Assembly (NCBI GenBank): GCA_045804885.1
Contig: JBJMMH010000212.1
Location: 1-53,139, forward strand
Length of the DNA: 53,139 nt
Direction: 5' to 3'
From: Chloroflexota bacterium
Lineage (GTDB): Bacteria > Chloroflexota > Limnocylindria > Limnocylindrales > CSP1-4
Shown here: positions 27,806-35,700 of the stretch, piece by piece
Layout: each line of letters opens with the position of its first letter
Position numbering within the stretch: the first letter of the stretch is position 1
Position numbers and translations under genes: made by a program
The notes under the pieces: generated by a model
What the model was told of the DNA's origin: nothing
The model's input: only the letters and a program-made list of their open reading frames with translations
The model's database searches: none

Positions 27806-28656
27806 CAGCCGGCGTCGGCGGCAGGTCGACAGCTGCGGGCGGTGCGCCGTCCGCTGTTCGCGCCCCGCGGCTGACGGCGCGCCGAGTGACCGCGGTCCTC
27901 GGCCACGCGTACATCTGGTTCTGCCTGTTCCTGTTCGTCCTGCCGTTCGCGGCTCTGCTGTTGCGGTCGTTCGCCGCCTTCGGCGGGAGCTCAGGGCTCG
28001 AGAACTACCGGGGCGCGATCGGCGACTTCAAGGAGAACCTGTTCTGGAGCGTCAGGATCACCGGACTCGCCCTCGCGATCGATCTCGCGGTGAGCCTGCC
28101 GGCGGCATACGCGCTCGTTCGCTACCCGGTCCCGGGTCGCCGGATCATCTTCTCGATCCTGCAGCTGTCGCTGTACGTGCCGGGCGCCGTTATCGGGCTC
28201 GCGCTGCTGCTGACGTACACGTTCACGTACCACGCCGTGTCGATGTGGGGGCTCGTGCTGGCGATGGCGGTAGGCACCTTCCCGTTGATGCTGACCCCGA
28301 TCGTCGTCGCCCTCAAGGACCTGCCTCCGGAGTTCGAGGAGGCGGCGCGCTGTCTCGGCGCGACCGGCTGGCAGACGTATCGGAAGATCGTGTTCCCGCT
28401 GATCGGACCGGGCGTGTCGGCCGGGCTCCTGCTGTGCTTCATCATCGTCTTCAACGAGTATCTCGTGACGTTGTTCGTTCACCCGGTCGACATCGAGACG
28501 GCGCCACTCCGGATCTTCAACCTCCAGAAGACCGGCGGGCTGTCCCCCGCGACGGCCGCCCTCGCGGTCACGATGCAGGTCGTCTCGTTCGCGGCCGTCC
28601 TGCTGTTCTTCCGGATCTTCGGGACGCGCCACTTCAAGGGCACGTACATCCTCTGA
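27802..28656 (+). CDS. ABC transporter permease (PotC-like)
   Basis: 284-aa ORF with an ATGA overlap to the upstream gene. EAA-loop EEAARCLGATGWQTYRKIVFPLI. Confidence 0.85.
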   Translation: MTAGVGGRSTAAGGAPSAVRAPRLTARRVTAVLGHAYIWFCLFLFVLPFAALLLRSFAAFGGSSGLENYRGAIGDFKENLFWSVRITGLALAIDLAVSLPAAYALVRYPVPGRRIIFSILQLSLYVPGAVIGLALLLTYTFTYHAVSMWGLVLAMAVGTFPLMLTPIVVALKDLPPEFEEAARCLGATGWQTYRKIVFPLIGPGVSAGLLLCFIIVFNEYLVTLFVHPVDIETAPLRIFNLQKTGGLSPATAALAVTMQVVSFAAVLLFFRIFGTRHFKGTYIL

Positions 28657-29747
28657 TGGCGACCGTCCGGCTGGCCTCGATCACGAAGCACTACGGCGCG
28701 ACAGTCGCTGTCGACGCCCTCGACCTCGAGGTCGCCGATGGCGAGATGGTCACCCTGCTCGGCCCCTCCGGCTGCGGCAAGACGACGACGTTGCGGATGA
28801 TCGCCGGCCTCATCGAACCGACCGCCGGGCGCATCTACTTCGATGCCGACGATGTGACGTTCCTGCCGCCGCGCAAGCGGAACATCGGGTTCGTGTTCCA
28901 GACACCGGCGCTGTTTCCGCACCTGTCGGTGGCCGACAACGTGGCCTTCGGACTCTCCGTCAAGGGCGCGAAGAAGGCAGCGATCACGAGCCGCGTCGAC
29001 GAGATGCTGACGATGGTCGGCCTGGCCGGCTACGGCGCGCGACTCCCGGCCCAGCTCTCCGGCGGCCAGCAGCAGCGCGTCGCCCTGGCTCGCGTCCTTG
29101 CGACTGACCCACGAGTCCTGCTGTTCGACGAGCCGCTGTCCGCGCTGGATCGCAACCTGCGGGACACGCTGAAGTACTCGATCCTCGAGCTCCAGCGCCG
29201 GACAGGCAAGACCGCCGTCTATGTCACCCATGACCAGTCCGAAGCGTTCGCAATCTCGGACCGGATCGTCGTGATGAACGCCGGGCGCGTCGAGCAGATC
29301 GGGACGCAGACCGACATCTACCTCCAGCCGCAGACGCGGTTCGTGGCCGAGTTCATCGGCGCGAACAACGGCCTCGAGGGGACGATCGAGGCCGCGGGCG
29401 GATCCGGCGAGGACGGCCGGGTGACCGTCCGGGTCGGCGACCTGGCGCTTCGCGCCCACGCCCGCGAGGGGCTCGTCGTCGGCGACGCGGTCATCGCCTA
29501 CCTCCGGCCCGAGGACGTGCGAATCATCGACGATGTTGAAGACGGCGCCTGGCCGAACGTCGTGGAGGGCCGCGTCGACCGCGTGATCTTCGAGGGGCCC
29601 ACCGCGCAGGTTCGCGTCGACGTCGGCGGGCGGCAGCTGCGTGCCGACGTCGGCGGCAGCCGGCGGCTATCGGTCGGCGAGGGCGCCGGCCGGATCCGCC
29701 TCGGGTTCGACGACCTGACGATCGTCCCGGCCGAGCCCAAGCCGTGA
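28656..29747 (+). CDS. ABC transporter ATP-binding protein (PotA/FbpC/UgpC-like)
   Basis: 363 aa from ATG 28656. Walker [10 protein letters not shown], signature [15 protein letters not shown], Walker [12 protein letters not shown], plus a C-terminal TOBE-like domain. Confidence 0.9.
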   Translation: MATVRLASITKHYGATVAVDALDLEVADGEMVTLLGPSGCGKTTTLRMIAGLIEPTAGRIYFDADDVTFLPPRKRNIGFVFQTPALFPHLSVADNVAFGLSVKGAKKAAITSRVDEMLTMVGLAGYGARLPAQLSGGQQQRVALARVLATDPRVLLFDEPLSALDRNLRDTLKYSILELQRRTGKTAVYVTHDQSEAFAISDRIVVMNAGRVEQIGTQTDIYLQPQTRFVAEFIGANNGLEGTIEAAGGSGEDGRVTVRVGDLALRAHAREGLVVGDAVIAYLRPEDVRIIDDVEDGAWPNVVEGRVDRVIFEGPTAQVRVDVGGRQLRADVGGSRRLSVGEGAGRIRLGFDDLTIVPAEPKP

Positions 29748-30841
29748 CCGCAGCCCGCGAGGAGATCGACGCCGCCCGAGACGCGGCGGAGCTCGGTGCA
29801 CAGGGCTTCCGGACAGTCTTCGGCCACGAGCTCGTCGGCGAGCTGCCGGCGTTCGTCCACCGGCCGTACCTCGTGGTCACGATGGCCGACCTCTGGCCGC
29901 GGTTCGAGGACCGCCTTGCCGGGCCGCACCTGGCCGGCGTCCACCTCGTCAAGACGCTCGAGCTGAGCGAGCTGGTCGCGCTCGATGAGCGGCTGCCGCG
30001 CGCGGCCGCGATCGTGGGCCTGGGCGGCGGGCAGGCGCTCGACGTGGCGAAGTTCCTGGCCTGGACCCGGCGGCTACCGCTCTTCCAGGTGCCGACCGCG
30101 ACGACCGTGAACGCGCCGTTCGGTCACCGCGCAGGGCTCCGCGACGACGGCCGGGTGCGGTATCTCGGCTGGGCGGTCCCGGAAGCCGTCTACATCGACT
30201 TCGACGTCATCCGCTCGGCGCCGCCGAACCTCAACCGGTCCGGCGTCGGCGACGTTCTCTGCTACCACACGGCGCGCCACGACTGGGAGCTCGCCGACCG
30301 CCTCGGCCGGTCGGAGGCGCGGTGGCCGTACGACCCCCGCCTCGTCGCCGAGGCAGCCACGATGATGGAGTCCGTCGTCGACGCCCTCGACGACATCCGC
30401 GACTGCTCGGAGACCGGCATCCGGGCCCTCGTCAACGCCCATCGCTGGGGCGGCACGACGTTCCACGACTCCGGCTGGAACCCCCGCCACATCGAGGGCG
30501 TGGAGCACTTCGTGTTCTACAACCTCGAGCGGATCACGGGCCGCCACTTCATCCACGGCCAGCCTGTGGGGCTCGGGATCATCGCGGGCTCCGTGCTGCA
30601 GGACAACGAGCCCGAGGCCATGGCCGCGGCACTCGTCCGGGCCGGCGTGGACGTGCGTCCGGAGGCGATGGGCGTGGCGTGGGATGAAGTCGACGAGGCG
30701 CTGCGGACGCTCCAGTCGTACGTCCGCGAGGTCGGCCTGTGGTTCACGATCGCCGACGTCGTGCCCGCGACGGACGAGCATATCGGCCGCGTGCGCGAGC
30801 TCGTCGAGCGGGCCTCGGCGCTGGAGGGAGCGACTGCATGA
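29744..30841 (+). CDS. Glycerol dehydrogenase / sn-glycerol-1-phosphate dehydrogenase-like oxidoreductase, paralogue B
   Basis: 365-aa ORF. GTG overlaps the ATPase stop (GTGA). It is collinear with paralogue A and more than half of positions are identical by eye (GLGGGQALDVAKF, GVGDVLCYHTARHDWEL, HGQPVGLG). Confidence 0.75.
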   Translation: MTAAREEIDAARDAAELGAQGFRTVFGHELVGELPAFVHRPYLVVTMADLWPRFEDRLAGPHLAGVHLVKTLELSELVALDERLPRAAAIVGLGGGQALDVAKFLAWTRRLPLFQVPTATTVNAPFGHRAGLRDDGRVRYLGWAVPEAVYIDFDVIRSAPPNLNRSGVGDVLCYHTARHDWELADRLGRSEARWPYDPRLVAEAATMMESVVDALDDIRDCSETGIRALVNAHRWGGTTFHDSGWNPRHIEGVEHFVFYNLERITGRHFIHGQPVGLGIIAGSVLQDNEPEAMAAALVRAGVDVRPEAMGVAWDEVDEALRTLQSYVREVGLWFTIADVVPATDEHIGRVRELVERASALEGATA

Positions 30842-31746
30842 AGCTCGGGCTGACGCTGCCCCAGGGCTGCGACCGCGAGTACCTCGGCCTCGACGCCCCG
30901 ACGGCCTGGCGGCGAACGGTCGAGGTGGCGCAGTGGGCGGAGGACCGCGGTTTTGAGTCGCTCTGGGTCTACGACCACATGCAGGTCGACCCGCCACCGG
31001 AGGACGCGCCCGTCTTCGAGCCGTTCGCCGAGCTCGCCGCCCTCGCGGTCGAGACGCGACGGGCACGGCTGGGGCACCTCGTGCTGGCGGCGTCGTACCG
31101 CAACGCCGGGCTGACGGCGAAGGGCATCTCGACGATCGACGTGATCAGCGGTGGGCGGGCGATCCTCGGAATCGGCGCGGGCTGGAAGGAGGACGAGTGG
31201 CTGGCCTACGGCTACGGCTTCCCACCCGCGCCCGAGCGCCTCGCCGTCCTCGCCGACCAGCTAGAGATCATCACCCGGATGCTCGGTCCCGGCCGGGCGA
31301 CGTGGGAGGGGACGCATGCCCACGTCCGCGACGCGATCCACGAGCCGAAGGGTCTCCAGCAGCCGCGGATCCCAATCCTCGTCGGCGGCAACGGCCCCAA
31401 GGTCACGTGGCGCCTCGCGGCCCGGTTCGCCGATGAGCTGAACCTCGATGCGCTGCCGCCGGATCGGGTGGCCGCCGCCTTGCCAGTCATCCGCGAGCGC
31501 TGCGAGGAGGTCGGCCGGGACCCCTCGACGCTCGCCGTGTCGGTTCACATCTGGGGCGACGCCGGGGCGGTGGCGCCGGGATCGGAGCGCCGCCAGCGGC
31601 TGCGCGACTACGCCGGTCTGGGGCTCGCCCGGGTGATCGTCCAGGGTTTCGCGCTCGTCACGGATCCGCATGCGATCGACGACGTCGTGGACGACGCGGT
31701 CGCGGTCGGGCTGCTGGACGGGGCGGCGGTCGAGGACGCCCGTTAG
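30838..31746 (+). CDS. LLM-class (luciferase-like) F420-dependent oxidoreductase, Rv1855c-like
   Basis: 302 aa from the ATG overlapping the upstream stop (ATGA). MKLGLTLPQ..., LWVYDHM, GIGAGWKEDEW, PILVGGNGPK. Confidence 0.75.
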   Translation: MKLGLTLPQGCDREYLGLDAPTAWRRTVEVAQWAEDRGFESLWVYDHMQVDPPPEDAPVFEPFAELAALAVETRRARLGHLVLAASYRNAGLTAKGISTIDVISGGRAILGIGAGWKEDEWLAYGYGFPPAPERLAVLADQLEIITRMLGPGRATWEGTHAHVRDAIHEPKGLQQPRIPILVGGNGPKVTWRLAARFADELNLDALPPDRVAAALPVIRERCEEVGRDPSTLAVSVHIWGDAGAVAPGSERRQRLRDYAGLGLARVIVQGFALVTDPHAIDDVVDDAVAVGLLDGAAVEDAR

Positions 31747-32375
31747 GCGCGGGTCAGGAGGTCGTACCGGCGGAGATCGGCCCGCAGCGTGTCGGCGTCC
31801 ACGAAGCGGACCGCGTGGAATCCCATCTCGGTCGCGGCCGCGACGTTGTCGGCGTGGTCGTCGATGAACAGCGTCGTGCCGGGGTCGAGCCCGTAGCGGC
31901 GCACCAGGACCCCGAAGATCCGCGGGTCGGGCTTGGCCAGGCGCTCGTCACCCGACACCACGATCCCCTCGAACCACTCGAGGAACGGGTAGCGCGGCCG
32001 GGCCAGCGGAAACGTCTCGCCCGACCAGTTCGTGAGGGCGAAGAGCCTGATGCCTGCGGCGCGCAGCTCGTCGAGGATCTGGACCGTCGGCTCGATCGCC
32101 GCTCCCAGCGTCTCCGGCCATCGCTTCCAGTACGCCGTGATCAGGTCGCGCCGCTCGGGGTGGCGGACCGCGAGCTCTTCGACCGCCTCGGCCCACGGCC
32201 GACCGGCGTCCTGTGCGCGGTTCCACTCGGGCGTCGTGACGGTCGCGAGGAAGTCCTCCATCGCCGCCTCGTCCTCGAAGAGGCTTCGGTACAGATAGCG
32301 CGGATCCCAGTCGATGAGCACGCCGCCGAGGTCCCATACGACCGCGGAGATGGCGCGCGGCTCCCGTCGATCCAT
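31743..32375 (-). CDS. HAD-superfamily hydrolase (subfamily IA)
   Basis: 210-aa ORF with motifs VVWDLGGVL, LTNWS, KPDPRIF and FIDDHADN. Confidence 0.8.
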   Translation of the reverse strand: MDRREPRAISAVVWDLGGVLIDWDPRYLYRSLFEDEAAMEDFLATVTTPEWNRAQDAGRPWAEAVEELAVRHPERRDLITAYWKRWPETLGAAIEPTVQILDELRAAGIRLFALTNWSGETFPLARPRYPFLEWFEGIVVSGDERLAKPDPRIFGVLVRRYGLDPGTTLFIDDHADNVAAATEMGFHAVRFVDADTLRADLRRYDLLTRA

Positions 32376-32427
32376 AGCGGCGGAGACTAGCGGATCGGAT
32401 GGGGCGACCCTGCCTCCATCCGCCCCG

Positions 32428-33585
32428 CTACGCGTGGGGACCGGCTGTGACGGTCCCGATCGTGAGCCTTGGCGTCGCCTCCTGGATCTCGCCGATCCGC
32501 CCGACCTGGTCCTCGAGGCTGCGCCGCTCTGCCGGCGCCAGGCGTTTGAACGGCTCGACCGTCACGGCGATTCTCCTGCCGGACCGTCGCTGGTGCCAGA
32601 TCCCGACGACCGTCCCGTCGACGACGAGGACGGGCATGTTGCCGGCCTGCGTCCGGGCGAGGGCTCGCTCCGAAGCGCGACCCGGGAACACGCGTTCCCG
32701 GGGATGGGAGCCGACGCTATACGCGTCGAAATACGGCAGCAGGCGGACGATCCCGTTGATCGTCGGCCCGACACCGTCGCCGGCCAGCTGCCACAACTCG
32801 TCGGCGGTCCGCGCGCCCTCAACCTCGACGCGCTCCAGCTCGTCGGCGGCAAGCAGGAACGCGGACTTCGCCCATGCCGCCGACGCGCCGAGCCAGCGGG
32901 CGACGTGCTCCGGCGCGGCCGGACCGTACGCGTGGAGGTACCGCCGGAGGACGAGCCTCGTGGCGTCGTCGGCAGATATCGCCGGCGCCGGCCCCAGCCA
33001 GCGACGGGCGCTCGCATACGTCGTCCGCGTGCCGCGGTTCGGGCCGAAGCAGAGCACGCCGCGGTACGCCGCCCGGCCGACCGCCTGCCGCCAGCGAGGC
33101 CAGAGCTCCTGGAACGCCGGCATGACGCGGTCGCCGGCCCACCTGCCCGCCCGGCGGACCACCTCGCCGTCGAGCTCGTCGATCGTCAGCTCCGACGCTT
33201 CGGTGAGGGCCGCGTCGATCGCCGCCACGACGACGTCCAACTGGTCAGCGGTGAGGCGGACGTCAGGTGAGAAGCCGGGCGGCTGTTGCGCCGCCGCGAG
33301 GACTGTGTTCCAAGCGGCGAGGTCGCCAGGGTCGAGGATGTGGACGGTCCCTCGCGGGCCGATCGACTTGACAAGCGACCGTCGTTCCCAGAGCGCCGAT
33401 CGAACGTCGGCCCTGGTGATACCTGCCACCCGAATCCCGATCGAGACCTCGGCCGCCGACATGATCTGGGCGTGGGCACCGCACATGACGGCCACCTGCT
33501 CGACGACCCGCTCCGTCGGCACCGGCGCGACGAGGCCGTGCCGGTCCATCCGCCGGGCGACGACGTGGCTCCAGGTCAGCGCCAT
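32428..33585 (-). CDS. Winged-helix DNA-binding protein of the AlkZ/YcaQ (HTH_42) DNA glycosylase family
   Basis: 385-aa ORF with a family-typical N-terminus (W..V.ARR...HGL...) and an H38-A39-Q40 triad where AlkZ-like proteins carry (Q/H)-hydrophobic-Q, as I recall. Confidence 0.7.
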   Translation of the reverse strand: MALTWSHVVARRMDRHGLVAPVPTERVVEQVAVMCGAHAQIMSAAEVSIGIRVAGITRADVRSALWERRSLVKSIGPRGTVHILDPGDLAAWNTVLAAAQQPPGFSPDVRLTADQLDVVVAAIDAALTEASELTIDELDGEVVRRAGRWAGDRVMPAFQELWPRWRQAVGRAAYRGVLCFGPNRGTRTTYASARRWLGPAPAISADDATRLVLRRYLHAYGPAAPEHVARWLGASAAWAKSAFLLAADELERVEVEGARTADELWQLAGDGVGPTINGIVRLLPYFDAYSVGSHPRERVFPGRASERALARTQAGNMPVLVVDGTVVGIWHQRRSGRRIAVTVEPFKRLAPAERRSLEDQVGRIGEIQEATPRLTIGTVTAGPHA

Positions 33586-33621
33586 CGGTCACATCGGCTC
33601 GATCTCACGGGTCAGGAGATC

Positions 33622-34527
33622 ATGCACCAGACGATGCAACCCGTGAACGATCAGGACTGGCTCGCCGAGCGCTTCGAGGCAAGTCGCTCGCACCTGCGCG
33701 GCGTGGCCTATCGGATGCTCGGCTCGCTGCCCGAGGCGGACGACGCTGTCCAGGAGGCGTGGATCCGCCTGAGCCGGACGGACACGAGCGACGTCGAGAA
33801 CCTCCGTGCCTGGCTGACGACCGTGGTCGCCCGCGTCTGCCTCAATATGCTGCGCTCGCGCAACACGCGCCGCGAGGCGTCGCTCGAGACGCACGTCCCC
33901 GACCCGATCGTCAGCTCCGGCGACGGCATCGACCCCGAGCAGGAAGCGCTCCTCGGGGACTCGGTCGGCCTGGCGATGCAGATCGTCCTCGACTCGCTCA
34001 GCCCACCCGAGCGGGTCGCGTTCGTGCTGCACGATGTTTTCGCGGTGCCGTTCGACGAGATCGCGCCGATCGTCGGCCGAACGCCGACGGCGACCCGCCA
34101 ACTGGCCAGCCGGGCCCGGCGACGGGTCCAGGGCGCGCCGGTGCCGGACACCGACCTCGATGGCCAATGGGCCGTCGTCGACGCATTCCTGGCGGCGGCT
34201 CGAGCCGGGGACTTCGCGCGACTGATCGCGGTCCTCGACCCGGATGTCGAGCTGCGGTCCGACGGCGGGGCTGCTCGGCCCGGGCTGGTCTCGCACATTC
34301 GCGGGGCCGAGGAAGTCGGCGCGCAGGCGATGGTCTTCCGCCGCTTCGCGGAGACCGCGACCCGGGTCCTCGTGAACGGGATCCCGGGCGGCGTCGCCTG
34401 GGCCCCCGACGGCAACCCCTTCGCGGTCGTCGCGCTGACCGTCCGGGGTGGGCGCGTCGTCGCCATCGACGTGCTCGCCGATCCGGAGCGGCTTCAGCGG
34501 CTGGACCTGACAGAGGTCGCCGGCTGA
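33622..34527 (+). CDS. ECF sigma factor with fused C-terminal SnoaL/NTF2-like extension (ECF41/SigJ-like)
   Basis: ATG 33622 has GGAG 4 nt upstream (alternative ATG at 33634). Sigma-2 (DAVQEAWIRL) and sigma-4 (PPERVAFVLHDVF...FDEIAPIVGRT) regions are followed by about 110 extra aa. Confidence 0.8.
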   Translation: MHQTMQPVNDQDWLAERFEASRSHLRGVAYRMLGSLPEADDAVQEAWIRLSRTDTSDVENLRAWLTTVVARVCLNMLRSRNTRREASLETHVPDPIVSSGDGIDPEQEALLGDSVGLAMQIVLDSLSPPERVAFVLHDVFAVPFDEIAPIVGRTPTATRQLASRARRRVQGAPVPDTDLDGQWAVVDAFLAAARAGDFARLIAVLDPDVELRSDGGAARPGLVSHIRGAEEVGAQAMVFRRFAETATRVLVNGIPGGVAWAPDGNPFAVVALTVRGGRVVAIDVLADPERLQRLDLTEVAG

Positions 34528-34554
34528 ACCCTGCCTGCCTCGAAGGAGATCCGC

Positions 34555-35079
34555 ATGACCCATCGAACTGCCGCCCCGCCCCGGACCCAAACCGCGCCGT
34601 GGTGGGTGAAGATCTTCAGCCCGCTCGCCAAGGTCGCGCTCCGCGCGGGAGTGCCCCTTGGGTTCAACGGCCTCATCACGATCCGGGGTCGAAAGACCGG
34701 GCTGCAGCGGACCATTCCCGTCGCGATCATCCAGTTCGAAGGCCGGCGATGGATCTGGAGCCCGTGGGGCGAGGTCCAGTGGGTCCGCAACCTGCGGGCG
34801 GCCGGCCGCGCGACCATCACCGTCCGCGGGAGCGAGGCGGAGGTGACCGCCCGCGAGCTCGACCGCACCGAGCGAGAGCGATTCTTCCGCGATGTCCTCG
34901 GCGCCGTCGCGCCCGCGATCCCGGGCGGGAAGTGGTTCATCAAGACCGTCGATGGCGTCGATCTCGACGATCCCGTCGAGGCCTCGGAGGGCCGGCCGGT
35001 GTTCGAGCTGAACGCGGCTGGGGTGACAGCGTCGCCAGGCGCGCGAGCTCCGCTGGCAGAAGGCCCGGATCCGCGGTAG
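34555..35079 (+). CDS. Deazaflavin (F420H2)-dependent nitroreductase/quinone reductase family protein (DDN-like)
   Basis: 174-aa ORF with AAGGAG upstream. ITIRGRKTGLQRTIPV...W...VRNLRAAG segments are typical of PF04075-type proteins. Confidence 0.75.
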   Translation: MTHRTAAPPRTQTAPWWVKIFSPLAKVALRAGVPLGFNGLITIRGRKTGLQRTIPVAIIQFEGRRWIWSPWGEVQWVRNLRAAGRATITVRGSEAEVTARELDRTERERFFRDVLGAVAPAIPGGKWFIKTVDGVDLDDPVEASEGRPVFELNAAGVTASPGARAPLAEGPDPR

Positions 35080-35088
35080 GGTCGAGGG

Positions 35089-35700
35089 ATGGGACTGATC
35101 TACGCCAACATGTCGATGTCGCTCGACGGGTTCATCGCGGGCCCCAACGTGAAGGTCGGGAACGGGATGGGCGACGACGGCGACCGCCTGCACGACTGGA
35201 TGTTCCAGGGCAAGTCCGACGACGAGGTGAGTGCCTTCCTCGAGAACGAGCTCGCGTCAACCGGCGCCTTCGTGATGGGCCGGACGATGCTTGACGTCGG
35301 GATCGGGCCATGGGGAGATGAGCCTGCGTTCCATGCGCCGGTGTTCGTGCTGACGCACCGACCCGCCGAACCAATCGTGAAGCGCGGTGGAACGACCTAC
35401 ACGTTCGTGGCCGCTGGACCCGAGGCCGCGCTGAACCTGGCGCGGACCGCCGCCGGCGGCAAGGACATTCGGATCGAAGGCGGCGGCGTGACCGTCCGGG
35501 AGTTCCTCCGGACGGGCCTCGTCGACGAGCTCCGACTGCACGTCGTCCCGATCCTCCTGGGCGCCGGCACGCGGTTGTTCGGCGGTCCGGAGGATCGGTC
35601 CGTCGAGCTCAGCGCCGAGGGCAGGGTCGACGATGCCGGCGTGGCGCACCTCCGCTGCTCGGTCCGCGTCCCATCCCCGGTCACGACCCCGGTTGTCTAG
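35089..35700 (+). CDS. Dihydrofolate reductase-like (RibD C-terminal domain) family protein
   Basis: 203-aa ORF. The MSMSLDGFIAGP..., FVMGRTM and ELRLHVVPILLGAGTRLF pattern matches the RibD_C/YwjB family. Confidence 0.8.
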   Translation: MGLIYANMSMSLDGFIAGPNVKVGNGMGDDGDRLHDWMFQGKSDDEVSAFLENELASTGAFVMGRTMLDVGIGPWGDEPAFHAPVFVLTHRPAEPIVKRGGTTYTFVAAGPEAALNLARTAAGGKDIRIEGGGVTVREFLRTGLVDELRLHVVPILLGAGTRLFGGPEDRSVELSAEGRVDDAGVAHLRCSVRVPSPVTTPVV

